Below, piece by piece: positions 20,734-31,526 of a stretch of DNA of 64,000 nucleotides. The position numbers and the translations under genes were made by a program. The number at the start of each line of letters is the position of its first letter. The stretch's first letter is position 1. The notes below the pieces were generated by a model. It made no database searches and was not told where the DNA came from. It saw only the letters and a program-made list of their open reading frames with translations. Origin of the DNA: an uncultured cyanobacterium (GTDB taxonomy: Bacteria > Cyanobacteriota > Cyanobacteriia > Cyanobacteriales > CAWCAG01); the NCBI GenBank assembly GCA_963793425.1, contig CAWCAG010000009.1, forward strand, positions 672,001 through 736,000. The letters run 5' to 3'.

Positions 20734-22835
20734 TCAAACTCTTAACCTTAATTCCCAACTATCCAAAGTACCTTGATCCTCTGCCACATAATCAATAACT
20801 TTTAACTGCCAAGTACCTTTAGCTGGTTGTTCAAGCATTTGTTTAAGCACAGGAGCAGTTTCTAAATTATAGATTTTTTGTAACTTCGTCTTAGCCCCTA
20901 AAGTACGACTTTGAAGCAAAATGGTTTGCCCAGTAGGAGAAACTAAATTAACTTCTAAATCTCCTAAAAACTGATGAGTTATATTCACGGTTACTTGAAT
21001 ATCTTTAACAATTCCCGCCTCACCAATCCGCAAATTACTATTTATACCCCGCCAACTATTATCAGGAATGGCGATGGGGGAACTATTACTTTTTTGTAGA
21101 GTACGAGAAGCCGATTGAGTTTTTAAAGTAACTTGAGCAGCCTTTACTGCTTTGAAAGCATTCACCTTACCATAACCAAACCACTGACAAAAACCATTGT
21201 TATCATAGGTTCCCATACGCAAACCTAATTGCGGGTCAGGGTTAGTATCAACTATTTTATCAGCACTTTGTTGGAGAATTTTCCTAACTTGCTGGGCCGT
21301 AAGATGAGGATTAACCGAAAGTACTAAAGCTGCAACCCCAGCCACCACAGGACAAGCACTAGATGTACCCCCAAAAGTATGGGTGAAGTCACTGCCGTGA
21401 TAACCGAGCTGTCCTAATAAATCAGTAGTAAAAACTCCTAGTCCTGGCAATGAGGAAGTCACCTTTGGCCCTGTACTGATATAACCCGTCTTTTGAAACC
21501 ACATTCCTGGTGGTGCATTATTGCTGGGGGCGCAAACGGAAATATTCGTTCCCCAATTACTATAAGCAGACTTCTGCCCTAAACTTGTACAAGCAGAAAC
21601 AGCAATCACATCAGGATGTGCCGCAAAACCACTTAACCATTCCGTCGGTCCGTTTAAAAGATTTTCCTGCCAGTTACGTTCATAAATAGTGCCATTTACC
21701 GGGCGATTAGCATTTCCAGCGGCAAAAACCACCACACAACCCTTACCATCCCTGCCCCTCACAGCCGCACGGTTAATAGCCGCTTTTTGGCGCAAAGAAA
21801 GGGGAAAACGCACTGCGGCTGCCCCCCAGCTACAGGAAATAACGCTAGCCCCGTTATCCACTGCCCAACTAAAAAGTTTTTCAATAGAATTATCATCTAA
21901 AAAGCCTGTAGTACGCAGAGGCATCAAAGCACAACCAGGGGCCGCCCCTACCACGCCATCTCCCGTTTCCTCCGCCACAGCCACCCCTGCACAGGAAGTA
22001 CCATGACTTTCTTGGGAAGACTCCGGTAGAGGAATAAAATCTTGATCCTTAAAATCTCTGGGAGCAACTATTTTTCCTGCCCCTGGAAATCAGGATGGTT
22101 AATATCAATAGCATCATCAGTAATCGCCACCACAATAGAACGTTCTCCTTTAGTGATTTCCCAAGCTTTTTCCGCATCAATATGGGAATTCGCCGCTAAA
22201 AAAGAACCACCATTATGGTTAAGATACCACTGCTGCCCATAATAAGTATCTTGGGGGCGGTAGTAAGAATCTTGTTGAATAAGAATATTCGCTTCTGCGG
22301 TTAAAACTTGAGGATTTCCCAGCAAGCGATTAGTGATTTTAACCGGATTTTCTGTAGCTGCGGCAGTAACTCGATAAACGAACCCATGATCAAGTTCTTC
22401 TATTTGCTTCACAAATTCCAAACCATAAGCAGAAGTAATCCCTTCCCTTGCTTGGGGAGATAAGTTGGAACCAAACTGGACAGTTAATTCGTCTGTAAGG
22501 TAAATCAGGGCTTCAGGGTTATTCTCTAGCTGGTAAACATGACTAGCATAAGCAACGGTTTCCAAATCCCTAGCTGTTTCCATAGCCTCTTCTATAGCCC
22601 CAGATTCTACTCTGATTTCGTCAAGAGAATTAAGGGGAAGGGTATATTGGGCAATAGCAGCCATCTCCTGTGTTAAATCAACCTTGGAGTTGAGGGCGAC
22701 GGTGAAACGATCTTCAGCTTTGAAGAGATTTAGTTCTTCACCCCCTCGTTGTAAAATTAACCCTACACTTTCTTCAGGGACTGCATTTGGCTGTTTAGTC
22801 CCCTCAGAAGCAGCAGCATCAGGATTGTAGATCAT
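20734..22835 (-). CDS. Subtilisin-family (S8) protease with P-domain, interrupted by a 1-nt frameshift near 22080
   Basis: VAITDD (Asp) in the 5' ORF; HGTSCAG and GGTSSACP plus P-domain in the 3' frame; adding one G to the G4 run restores DFQGAGKIVAPRDF. Confidence 0.85.
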
Positions 22836-22976
22836 GATCTTTACTCTCCTTTTGTTCTAAATTACAGGTTGTTGCTGTGCCTTTGTCGTAAGACATCATT
22901 GATAACTAATCATTGATAAGATACCTGAAGCCTAAATAAATTGTATTCCTTGCCATTAACTTCTAAAAAATATTCA

Positions 22977-24008
22977 ATGTTAATTCCCTTAAATTTTCGA
23001 CGCTTGTCCCTAATTTGCCTTTGTTCAGTACCTTTTTCTCTTTATTTAGGGGGAATACCTTCTGGATTAGCTCAAAACACCCTAGACTCTCCTGGAGAAG
23101 ACTTGAGTGATCCTAGCAATGTTCGCCCCTTAACTGAGTCTGATAGTTTACTCAGCTTACAAGGAGGAGAAAGATTAATGGCAGAATCTATTACAGCCAT
23201 CGATAACCAAGATTATAGTCTAGCGGCGAAAAAGCTCCAGGAAGCTCGCCAAATATTTAACCAGCTTACTAACTTTTATCAGCAGCTATCGAATAGCTTC
23301 TCTGGTATCTATCAGCCAGTTTCTGAGTCACAAAAAAGTAGCGCCTTAGCTGCGGCACAAAAACGAGATGAAGCAACCTATAAACTAGCTTTGGTACATC
23401 GTGCCAATAACCAACCAGAATTAGCTGTACCTTTACTCGCCCAGGTTATCCGTTCCCAAAATCCTACTACAGAATTAGGCTCTAAAGCCTACCGACAACT
23501 ATATGAATTAGGTTTTGTAGATATCGCTTTTCCTCCGGGTGATCCTAGTTTTAATAATGAACTCCGTCCCCTCAAACAATCTGATAGCTTCTTAAGTTTA
23601 TTGGGAGGCGATCGCTTAATGTCTGAAGCAATCAACGCTTCCAATAGCCAAAACTATAGCCTTGCCACAAAAAAATTCCAAGAATCTCGCCAAGTATTCA
23701 ACCAACTTACAAATTTCTATCAGCAGCTATCCAGTGGCTTCACTGGCATTGATACAGAAGTTTCTGATAGTTTAAGGGTTAAAGCTCTCCGGGCAGCCCA
23801 AAAACGGGACGACGCTACCTATAGATTAGCTTTAGCACACAAAAGCAACCAGCAACCAGAATTAGCTGTTCCTTTATTTATACAAATTGTCCGCTCTCAA
23901 AATCCTACATCCCAATTAGGACAAGAAGCTTATCAGCAGTTATTGGAGTTGGGCTTTGTTGAGTCTCCTTACCCGCCTGTTGAGGAATCAGTGATCAACG
24001 ATCAATGA
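22977..24008 (+). CDS. Exported helical protein with tandem duplicated ~130-aa domain
   Basis: Signal peptide; two copies of RPLxxSDS.LSL.GG.RLM...QPELAVPL..Q..RSQNPT..LG..AY.QL.ELGFV. Confidence 0.75.
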   Translation: MLIPLNFRRLSLICLCSVPFSLYLGGIPSGLAQNTLDSPGEDLSDPSNVRPLTESDSLLSLQGGERLMAESITAIDNQDYSLAAKKLQEARQIFNQLTNFYQQLSNSFSGIYQPVSESQKSSALAAAQKRDEATYKLALVHRANNQPELAVPLLAQVIRSQNPTTELGSKAYRQLYELGFVDIAFPPGDPSFNNELRPLKQSDSFLSLLGGDRLMSEAINASNSQNYSLATKKFQESRQVFNQLTNFYQQLSSGFTGIDTEVSDSLRVKALRAAQKRDDATYRLALAHKSNQQPELAVPLFIQIVRSQNPTSQLGQEAYQQLLELGFVESPYPPVEESVINDQ

Positions 24009-24122
24009 TGCCTAACGGCAACGGCAAGCCGTACAATGTTTAATGTTTAATGTTCAATGATCAATGAATAAGAGGCCTTATTATTGAGAGTGAGATAAAG
24101 TGCGAATATTGGGGAAGCTTTC

Positions 24123-24374
24123 ATGGTTAGCCAAGAGCAAGTTAAAGCAATGATTAAAGCGAAGATACCTGATGCTCAGGTAATGGTTGAAGATTTAACA
24201 GGAGGCGGCGATCATCTCCAAGCTACTGTAGTATCTTCTGAGTTCGCCGGTAAAAATAGAGTGAAGCAGCATCAGCTTGTTTATGGCGCTTTAAAAGAGG
24301 CAATGGCTTCAGAAGCAATTCATGCCTTGGCACTGAAAACTTATACTCCTGAAGCTTGGGAAACTCAAACATAG
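24123..24374 (+). CDS. bolA: BolA family protein
   Basis: [27 protein letters not shown]; adjacent to a CGFS glutaredoxin. Confidence 0.92.
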   Translation: MVSQEQVKAMIKAKIPDAQVMVEDLTGGGDHLQATVVSSEFAGKNRVKQHQLVYGALKEAMASEAIHALALKTYTPEAWETQT

Positions 24375-24408
24375 TCAACAAATTAGCAAAACCCTAGGAG
24401 AATTAATT

Positions 24409-24732
24409 ATGAGTACAGAAGCTAAAAAACGAATTGAAGAATTAGTTAATAGCAGCAAAATTTTTATCTTTATGAAGGGAAACAAACTGATGCCTCAGTG
24501 TGGTTTTTCTAATAATGTTGTGCAAATTATCAACACTTTAGGGGTTCCTTACGAAACTTTTGATGTACTTTCTGATCCAGAAATCCGTCAAGGAGTTAAG
24601 GAATATTCTGATTGGCCAACTATTCCCCAAGTTTATATTGATGGTGAATTTTTAGGTGGTTCTGATATTCTCATCGAAATGTATCAAAGTGGAGAATTAC
24701 AAGAAAAAGTACAAATAGCTTTAGCCTCATAA
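24409..24732 (+). CDS. grxD: Monothiol glutaredoxin (CGFS)
   Basis: PQCGFS, WPTIPQVY, GGSD. Confidence 0.93.
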   Translation: MSTEAKKRIEELVNSSKIFIFMKGNKLMPQCGFSNNVVQIINTLGVPYETFDVLSDPEIRQGVKEYSDWPTIPQVYIDGEFLGGSDILIEMYQSGELQEKVQIALAS

Positions 24733-24854
24733 AGGACTTACTTGCGGGCGGGTTTTACTTAGTCTGCATTATTGTCCAAAATCTCTATTAACCCGCCCCT
24801 TCTTTTGAACTGATTAGGCTAAGATATAGTAGATACCTTGTCTTAGTTGACCAA

Positions 24855-25238
24855 ATGACTAGAGCTGAACCTTTTACTAGCAAAAATGTCCGTAGACAAA
24901 CTAAACAGCATTCAGAAGAATCTTCAGGGTTAAGAGAATCTTCCCCTCAAACCCATGCTCATAAACACGTTCATAGCGAAGAGTCTCTCCGCAAAATCGT
25001 TAATCGACTCTCTCGTATTGAAGGGCATATTCGTGGGGTGAAAACTATGGTGAGTGCAAGCAGCCCTTGTCCGGAAGTACTGATCCAAATTGCTGCGGTG
25101 AGAGGTGCTTTGGATCGGGTGGCGAGAATAATTTTTGATGAACATTTATCAGAATGTATCACTCGCGCCGTAGAAGATGGCAATATTGATACGGAAATTG
25201 AAGAGTTAAAAGCGGCCCTAGACCGCTTTTTGCCTTAA
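24855..25238 (+). CDS. CsoR/RcnR-family metal-sensing repressor (InrS-like)
   Basis: His-rich N-terminus, RLSRIEGH.RG, CPEVL.Q..AVRGAL, HL.EC. Confidence 0.9.
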   Translation: MTRAEPFTSKNVRRQTKQHSEESSGLRESSPQTHAHKHVHSEESLRKIVNRLSRIEGHIRGVKTMVSASSPCPEVLIQIAAVRGALDRVARIIFDEHLSECITRAVEDGNIDTEIEELKAALDRFLP

Positions 25239-25248
25239 GACTTTAAGG

Positions 25249-25842
25249 TTAATTATCCTTAACAGCCGAGGCTAAATGTTTTTCAATTAGTTCAGGAACT
25301 TTTTTGGCATTCACCTTACTGTAGCGGACTTTATCTGGCATCAAGACTAAGTTAGGGCCTTTCTTGCATTCTTTGAGACAGCCCACTGATTTGATCGTTA
25401 CTTCTTCTTCTATGCCGCGATCGCGCAAATTCTTTTCTAGGGCTTCGTAAACTTTTTTTGCCCCTCTTTTTGTACAGCTTGATTTTTGACAAATTAAAAC
25501 TTTGGCTTTGCTTTTACTTTTCCCTTTCTTAGCTTGGGAAGGAGCAACAACTTCTGGAAGAGTCTCAGTTTCCGTTTTTAAGATAACTGAATCTGCTTTA
25601 TATTTAACCTTGCCATTTTTACGATTAACTTCTTTCGTCCCTTCTATCTCCAGCCAGCAACCAGGAATGATACGCGGATCAAGACTGCGGCGAATTTCTT
25701 TGGATAATTTAACCCAATATTCTACCTCGTTAACAATCATCCGCAGATATTTGACTTTATAACCATCTTTAATTACAAAACCAAGTAATTGTCCGGCAAG
25801 ATTAAAATCTTCGACTCGGTGCTTGGATTTTGACATTATCAA
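25249..25842 (-). CDS. Thioredoxin-like [2Fe-2S] ferredoxin domain protein
   Basis: ICQKSSC...GCLKECKKGPN. Confidence 0.8.
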   Translation of the reverse strand: MIMSKSKHRVEDFNLAGQLLGFVIKDGYKVKYLRMIVNEVEYWVKLSKEIRRSLDPRIIPGCWLEIEGTKEVNRKNGKVKYKADSVILKTETETLPEVVAPSQAKKGKSKSKAKVLICQKSSCTKRGAKKVYEALEKNLRDRGIEEEVTIKSVGCLKECKKGPNLVLMPDKVRYSKVNAKKVPELIEKHLASAVKDN

Positions 25843-25861
25843 TTTTTCCTATATTTACTAT

Positions 25862-26137
25862 TTAATTTTCTTGGGAACAGTTCTTTATTCGCCAACAGCA
25901 TTCTAACCAATTAAGAGATTCTGGGCGAGAAGCGGTTAATCTTCTCAAAATACTCCATAGTTGCATCGTCGCTAGCGGAGTATTTATTTCTACCTGCAAA
26001 GGTTGATTGGCTAGGCATTGGCAGGGAACTTGAAGTTCTTGTAAGCGATGATAAACTTGCCAGCGATCTGCCCAGTTTACCTCTACAACGGTGCTTGTTT
26101 TTGTTTCTTGATTTAAGGGATTCATCCACTCACACAA
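25862..26137 (-). CDS. Asr1405/Asl0597-family cyanobacterial protein
   Basis: WADRWQVYHRLQELQVPC.C...WLECCW. Confidence 0.7.
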   Translation of the reverse strand: MCEWMNPLNQETKTSTVVEVNWADRWQVYHRLQELQVPCQCLANQPLQVEINTPLATMQLWSILRRLTASRPESLNWLECCWRIKNCSQEN

Positions 26138-26447
26138 ACAAAAAAGAGTTTCAATTATTATCGGAAAAGCTAATTTTCCTCGTTAATAAGCAATTCCCAA
26201 ACCTTGTAAGGTTTAGCTGCTCATTCTATAATCATTAGTATACACTCTAAACGCTAAAGATTCTCAACTAACCATGATTTGAAAAGCTATAATTATCCAA
26301 CAAGAAAATGCTAAAACCTAGAACCTATAAGGGATAAGAGGATTGGGACTTTTTGAAAAATTTATCATAAAACTTGGTTCAAATCAGTTAATTTCTGCTA
26401 AGTTAGTATTATCAATAAGACTTCTTTAATGAAAGGAGATACACTAG

Positions 26448-27002
26448 ATGTCTATTACTCAGGGTTTGCTAAGGTCTTTCGGTGAAGTTGAAGATAATCC
26501 TATCTTGCTTGACAAAAGCGTAACTGAGCCAGTTTGTGAAGGAATTAATGTACTGTTAGCAAGTTTCCAGGGTTTATACTTGCAGTACCAAAAGCATCAC
26601 TTTGTAGTTGAGGGTTCAGAATTTTACTCTTTGCACCAATTCTTTCAAGAAAGCTACGACGAAGTGCAAGGACACGTCCACGATTTAGGAGAGCGTTTAA
26701 ACGGCATAGGTGGAATTCCGGCGGCTGGTTTTGCTAAATTAGCTGAGTTGTGTTGCTTTGAACCAGAATCAGAAGGTGTTTTTGATTCTCGCACTATGGT
26801 AAAACACGATTTAGCATCAGAGCAAGAAGTAATTAAAGTATTGCGTCGTCAAGCTACCCAAGCAGAAAGTTTAGGCGATCGCGCTACTCGTTATCTTTAT
26901 GAGCAAATTTTACTAAAAACCGAAGAAAGAGCTTACCATCTTCAACACTTCTTAGTTGCAGATAGTTTAACTCTCGGTTTTGTGCAAAACGGTTCTAAAT
27001 AA
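26448..27002 (+). CDS. dpsA: Dps family ferritin-like protein
   Basis: [26 protein letters not shown]. Confidence 0.88.
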   Translation: MSITQGLLRSFGEVEDNPILLDKSVTEPVCEGINVLLASFQGLYLQYQKHHFVVEGSEFYSLHQFFQESYDEVQGHVHDLGERLNGIGGIPAAGFAKLAELCCFEPESEGVFDSRTMVKHDLASEQEVIKVLRRQATQAESLGDRATRYLYEQILLKTEERAYHLQHFLVADSLTLGFVQNGSK

Positions 27003-27174
27003 TTAGGTAATAGGTAATAGGTAATAGGTTAAGACATCTTTAACACTGGGTTTTCATAAATTAGCTGAATCTAAATCGATTCCTTCCCTATTACCTATTT
27101 CTTGTTTCTTAACAGTACAGAAATACTATACTAAAATAAGTAGTAGCTTCTTACCAACAACTCGGTAAAGTCTC

Positions 27175-28851
27175 ATGGAATTTAACTACGCCTATCAAGG
27201 TAGCACCGCAGTACAGGAGAAAGGGAATAACACCCAGATGTCTTTTTCTCCTGATACCAAGCGTCAACCTACTTATTTTATTGGCGATCTGCGTAAACAC
27301 GTTGCTTTTCGCGAAGCCATTAGTGCCTTACATGATGTCGTCGTTTCTGACTTACGTTTCCAGCCGAAAGATAAAACCGAATATAAAGAATGGGCTGCTA
27401 AACAGTTAGATATTGACTGGCAAATGGTCGCTGCACAAAAACAGGAAGTGGCCGCGAAAATGCAACAATTACAGAAAGAACTTCAAGCCCTCGACCATGA
27501 TAGTTATCAACGTCGTCGCCCTTTTTATGAGGCGCAACGTCGCTATTTCAATTATTTGTATAAAAAGAACTATGATCTTTGGTTTGTTCTTGATCCGGTG
27601 ATTACTGTTCATCCTGACGAAGTATTCTTTGAATGTTTTAGCCAAGATGAATCGAGTTATGGCAGGCTAGGGGCAAGTTATGAAGTCTTTGCCAATATTA
27701 ACGAATTTTCTTGCGGCACAACCAACATTGATTATTCTGCTTCCCTTTACAACGAATTTCAAAAAATCCGTAGTTACAAAACCACGCAATTTCAAATTGA
27801 TCCTTCCGGCTTTGAAGTAGAAACTAGCAACGAAGAAGTTTATAAAGAAGTTAAAATTGATCTTCCTGATAGTTGGGTAAGGGGCTTTTTACAAGTTAGT
27901 TCGGCGATGTCCCTTCCTGCAACCCGGTTTGAATTGCATCCTGTCGATATTCAAAACATCTGCTTCATCCTCCGTCGCCGCAAGGAAAAGAAAGGGCCAA
28001 GGGGAATGCGTTATCATCTCAAACCAGGGGAACCAATTAAGGTAGTATTTGAACCATGGGAACAAGAACTTATTTGTCCCCGTTCTCTTTATACAGGTTC
28101 AACAGCAGAAGTGATTAGGGTTTGGGGTCGTCGCCGCCTCCATATTCTCGAACGCCTTATTCCCGTCGCCAAGAAATTTACTGTTCATCTTTTAGGTACA
28201 GGAATGCCTTCTTTTTATGTGGCAGACTTAGGAGATATGTCTTTTACCCTTGGTTTATCTGGTTGGACAGCCAATGATTGGTCACAATCTGGTAACTTCG
28301 ATTTAATGGCCCCCCGTGCAGAAATTGACCGTTGGACGAAGCGTCATATTTTTGATGAACTAAAGAAAAACTGGGCAGAAACTCCCGATGCCTTGGCACA
28401 ACGTCTCAATCTTGACCGGGCTGTGGTGTTAGGGGCTTTAAGCGCTTATACCCAAGCAGGAAGGGCAATTTATGACTTAAACAAGCAGGTTTATCGGGTT
28501 AGGGAATTAACTCAAGAACCCTTACCTTTGGAAAGATTACGCTTTGCCAATGCTAGGGAGGAACAAGCAAATCGTTTCTTAACTGACAATGGGGTGAAGA
28601 TAACCTCTGTTACCGAAGATGCGAAGGGAAGTTATCTTCTGCAAGGTAATGTTGCAGATGGAGATAAAACCTACAACCCTTCTTTAACTATCGATGGTGA
28701 TGAACGTTTAGTACAAGCAGAATGTGGTTGCAACTGGTATCAACAAAACAAACTTTACAAAGGACCTTGTGAACATATGTTGGCATTGCGGTTGCAACAT
28801 GGGCGTTTATCAATGATGCCTAGCAGCAACAGCAAGGTAAACAACGATTAA
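27175..28851 (+). CDS. SWIM zinc-finger domain protein
   Basis: C-terminal CxC...GPCEH SWIM signature. Confidence 0.8.
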   Translation: MEFNYAYQGSTAVQEKGNNTQMSFSPDTKRQPTYFIGDLRKHVAFREAISALHDVVVSDLRFQPKDKTEYKEWAAKQLDIDWQMVAAQKQEVAAKMQQLQKELQALDHDSYQRRRPFYEAQRRYFNYLYKKNYDLWFVLDPVITVHPDEVFFECFSQDESSYGRLGASYEVFANINEFSCGTTNIDYSASLYNEFQKIRSYKTTQFQIDPSGFEVETSNEEVYKEVKIDLPDSWVRGFLQVSSAMSLPATRFELHPVDIQNICFILRRRKEKKGPRGMRYHLKPGEPIKVVFEPWEQELICPRSLYTGSTAEVIRVWGRRRLHILERLIPVAKKFTVHLLGTGMPSFYVADLGDMSFTLGLSGWTANDWSQSGNFDLMAPRAEIDRWTKRHIFDELKKNWAETPDALAQRLNLDRAVVLGALSAYTQAGRAIYDLNKQVYRVRELTQEPLPLERLRFANAREEQANRFLTDNGVKITSVTEDAKGSYLLQGNVADGDKTYNPSLTIDGDERLVQAECGCNWYQQNKLYKGPCEHMLALRLQHGRLSMMPSSNSKVNND

Positions 28852-28912
28852 TAAACATCTGAAACCGCTTGAATAGTCACCGTCTATTTTTTGAAGTAAG
28901 AAAACTATTACT

Positions 28913-29236
28913 ATGCAAATTGAAGATTATTTTGACTTTTTGAGTCCTAATGATATTAGAATCAAAAACTCTCGCATTGGTATAGAAACCATATTGTATG
29001 AGTACCTTTATAATCGCCAAACTTTAGAAGGAATTTCTCAGCTTTATTCCAACCTTACTTTAGAGCAAATTCATGCCACAATTCTTTATTATTTACATAA
29101 CCCAGAAACTATAACTCAATACATGGCAGATTGGCTTAAACATTGTCAAGAAGGAGCTAAAAAACAAGATACAAATCCGCCAGAATATGTACTGATATTG
29201 CGACGCTTGAAAGCTGAAAAAGGTAAGTTAGGATGA
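28913..29236 (+). CDS. DUF433 family (antitoxin-like) protein
   Basis: DIRIK.SRIGIE.IL....LTLEQI.A.ILYY. Confidence 0.85.
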   Translation: MQIEDYFDFLSPNDIRIKNSRIGIETILYEYLYNRQTLEGISQLYSNLTLEQIHATILYYLHNPETITQYMADWLKHCQEGAKKQDTNPPEYVLILRRLKAEKGKLG

Positions 29237-29260
29237 GTATCCAATACCTAATTAATGTTT

Positions 29261-29893
29261 CTAAAATAAACCACAGCCATTTTCAGCAAATTCAGTTACC
29301 GTTTGTTCTGATAGTTCATGAGTGGTTAAAGACTGTAAAATGGGTAAAGGAAGAGTAAGGTGGTGGGCCCCTGCTTGTAAGGCAGCAACGGCTTCTTCTG
29401 GGGACTTAATGCTGGCCGCCAAAATCTCTGTTTTGCTACCCTGCAACACCTTAGCCATTCCTTCAACTAAAGCCAAACCATCACCCAATAATCGTGTCGC
29501 CCGATTAACATAGGCGATTCCATATTTCACTCCTGCTTCCCTAGCAACAGCAGCTTGGGCAGGGCTATAAATAGCAGTGATCGAACAGCTAATTTCTGAG
29601 GCTAAATAAGCGGCAACGCGAAAACCAACTTCTGTGGCAGGAATTTTTAAAACCGTTTTCTCGCCAATAATCTCAACAGCTTTTTTCCCTTCTGTCACCA
29701 TGTGGGCAAAGTCTGAAGCAGTAAGTTGATAATAAAGTTCCCCAGGACTAATTTTTGCTAATTTAGTAAGGGTTTCTGCCACTCCTAAACTGCTTTTAGC
29801 CAAAAGAGTGGGATTTGTGGTAATCCCTTTTACCCAACCCATTTCTGTAGCTGTCTTCGCTTCTTCAATTAGTGCGGAATCGAGATAAAGCAT
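29261..29893 (-). CDS. Transaldolase/fructose-6-phosphate aldolase family
   Basis: LYLDSA, GITTNPTL, LKIPAT, YVNR, ILAASIK. Confidence 0.9.
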   Translation of the reverse strand: MLYLDSALIEEAKTATEMGWVKGITTNPTLLAKSSLGVAETLTKLAKISPGELYYQLTASDFAHMVTEGKKAVEIIGEKTVLKIPATEVGFRVAAYLASEISCSITAIYSPAQAAVAREAGVKYGIAYVNRATRLLGDGLALVEGMAKVLQGSKTEILAASIKSPEEAVAALQAGAHHLTLPLPILQSLTTHELSEQTVTEFAENGCGLF

Positions 29894-29965
29894 ATGGTTG
29901 TTAGAAAGTAGGGTGAGCGGTTAGTTAAGTCATATAATAACTTGAAATAGAGAGGGAAAGGCATC

Positions 29966-30733
29966 ATGGCGATAATCGCTTTGAAAGCTTGGTATATTGA
30001 AGACTACGAACCAATTAAACAGGTAATTCAACGACCTCATGATTTGCGCTTGAGTAGGAATAGCTTGCTTAAATCAGGGCTACGGGCAGACTTTTTGAAC
30101 GATACTCAAGAAGTGCGAAATTCTGATTGGTTTGAGCGCTATTTAGAAGGAGAAGAGATAGAATTTTATGTTGAAGGTAGTGGCGGCTATGCTATTTCTA
30201 ATATTGATCTTATTTCCCAAGAAATCTATTTTACTAAACAAGACCTCAGCGCTACTTTAGAACCAATTATTTATTTTAGCTGCCAAAAAGAATACCCTGA
30301 TTCTAGCACTATGCTGCGAGAAAACTTGATTGCTGCCTTAGATGATTTTAATGAGCGATCGCGCCTTCCCCTTACCTTAGAAGAGTCTCTATTTCCTACA
30401 GAAGGCCCTGTACGCTTAAGTAGTCGTCAATTACGAAAAATTCGTAAAAGCTTACTTTTTGTTGCTGACGGAACCATTGTTACAAAAGGGGGAGAAGACA
30501 AGCAACAATTAATTCCTAGCCCTAATGTTTGTGTAGAAATTGGTTATGCAATTCATAGTAAAAAATCTGGTCAAGTTCTTTTAACTCGACAGAAACGCCC
30601 AGAATTCTCTGGTAATTATCCTTTTGATTTACCTAATCGCCAACAATTAACTTTCCAAGATAGTCAAGAATTAAGCAAAACTTTACCAACTACTTTAGAA
30701 AGTTTGCTGAAAAGATTTAATTTATTTAACTAA
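29966..30733 (+). CDS. Conserved cyanobacterial hypothetical protein (C-terminal TIR/nucleotide-binding-like fold possible)
   Basis: 255-aa ORF; IRKS.LFVAD, PSPNVCVEIGYA, PFDL. Confidence 0.65.
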   Translation: MAIIALKAWYIEDYEPIKQVIQRPHDLRLSRNSLLKSGLRADFLNDTQEVRNSDWFERYLEGEEIEFYVEGSGGYAISNIDLISQEIYFTKQDLSATLEPIIYFSCQKEYPDSSTMLRENLIAALDDFNERSRLPLTLEESLFPTEGPVRLSSRQLRKIRKSLLFVADGTIVTKGGEDKQQLIPSPNVCVEIGYAIHSKKSGQVLLTRQKRPEFSGNYPFDLPNRQQLTFQDSQELSKTLPTTLESLLKRFNLFN

Positions 30734-30965
30734 CTGAATAAGGGCCATATTCTTGTTGATATGCAGTTTCGTTAATAGTCGTTTTACAAGTAAGTTGCTT
30801 TTGCTCATCTACTTTAATGGTAACTGTTATTTGTAACACTCCTTGTCCATAAGTTGGCAAATCTTTAATCACAACAGCAGTAATGATTTCTGTGCCATAA
30901 CTATGCTGTTGTACAAGTTTGATTTCTACAGAGTTTTGCTGATCAAGAGCAGTAGAAAGTACTTC
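30726..30965 (-). pseudogene. Stand-alone Hsp70 substrate-binding-domain-like reading frame with no in-frame start
   Basis: EVLSTALDQQNSVEIKLVQ...DLP..GQGVLQITVTIKVD resembles the DnaK SBD. Confidence 0.5.
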
Positions 30966-31190
30966 TTACTGATCATTGATAGTAATATACTGAAGTTGAT
31001 TAGCAACTCTCTCTAACCATGCTTGCACAGCCGGAAAGAAGTTTAATTCAAAACCGCCTTCTTCGGCCACATGGGTATAAGCGAATAAAGAAATATCAGC
31101 GATAGTGTAGCGATTTTCGACAAAAAACTCTTGCTTTTGTAAATGATTTTCCATCACCTTCAAAGCAGCATAACCTAATGCTTGCTTTTA
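30966..31190 (-). pseudogene. Glutathione S-transferase C-terminal fragment
   Basis: GYAALKVMENHL...YTIADISLFAYTHVAEEGGF.L..FPAV.AWL.RV; N-terminal domain absent. Confidence 0.8.
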
Positions 31191-31363
31191 TTGTCTCACT
31201 GTGCAAGTCCTAAGATTGTTAAAACTTATTTAGAGAGCTTTCTTAAATCATTGGTTCTCAAAAAGTATTTGATGATATTACTTTAGATGTCCTGGAGCAA
31301 AGAGATTAAATTATTCTCAATTCTCCTACTAGAGTAGAGTTTCCCGTCTTTTTCCTCATACTC

Positions 31364-31392
31364 TTGACAGTTTTGTAGTATTTGTGTAATAT
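31364..31392 (+). promoter_or_regulatory. Consensus sigma70 promoter of the tRNA island
   Basis: TTGACA (31364-69) - 17 bp - TAATAT (31387-92), overlapped by inverted repeat ACAGTTTT/AAAACTGT and TGTAGT repeats. Confidence 0.75.
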
Positions 31393-31526
31393 AAAACTGT
31401 AGTGATGAGGAAATTTATAAAACTGCACCTTGAAAATTAAATATATAATACATCTTTTCAATTTTGATGCACTAATACAACAGTTGCGGGGATGCAGTAT
31501 CTTGCATTCCTATCAACACAGTAAAA

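Noticed and set aside
26140..26420. Fur/PerR boxes between dps and the divergent operon
   Set aside because: AT-rich partial matches only; no site can be fixed
27004..27030. Heptamer tracts as possible CRISPR repeats
   Set aside because: Spacer-less 7-nt tandem repeats typical of cyanobacteria; no CRISPR array or cas gene seen in the window
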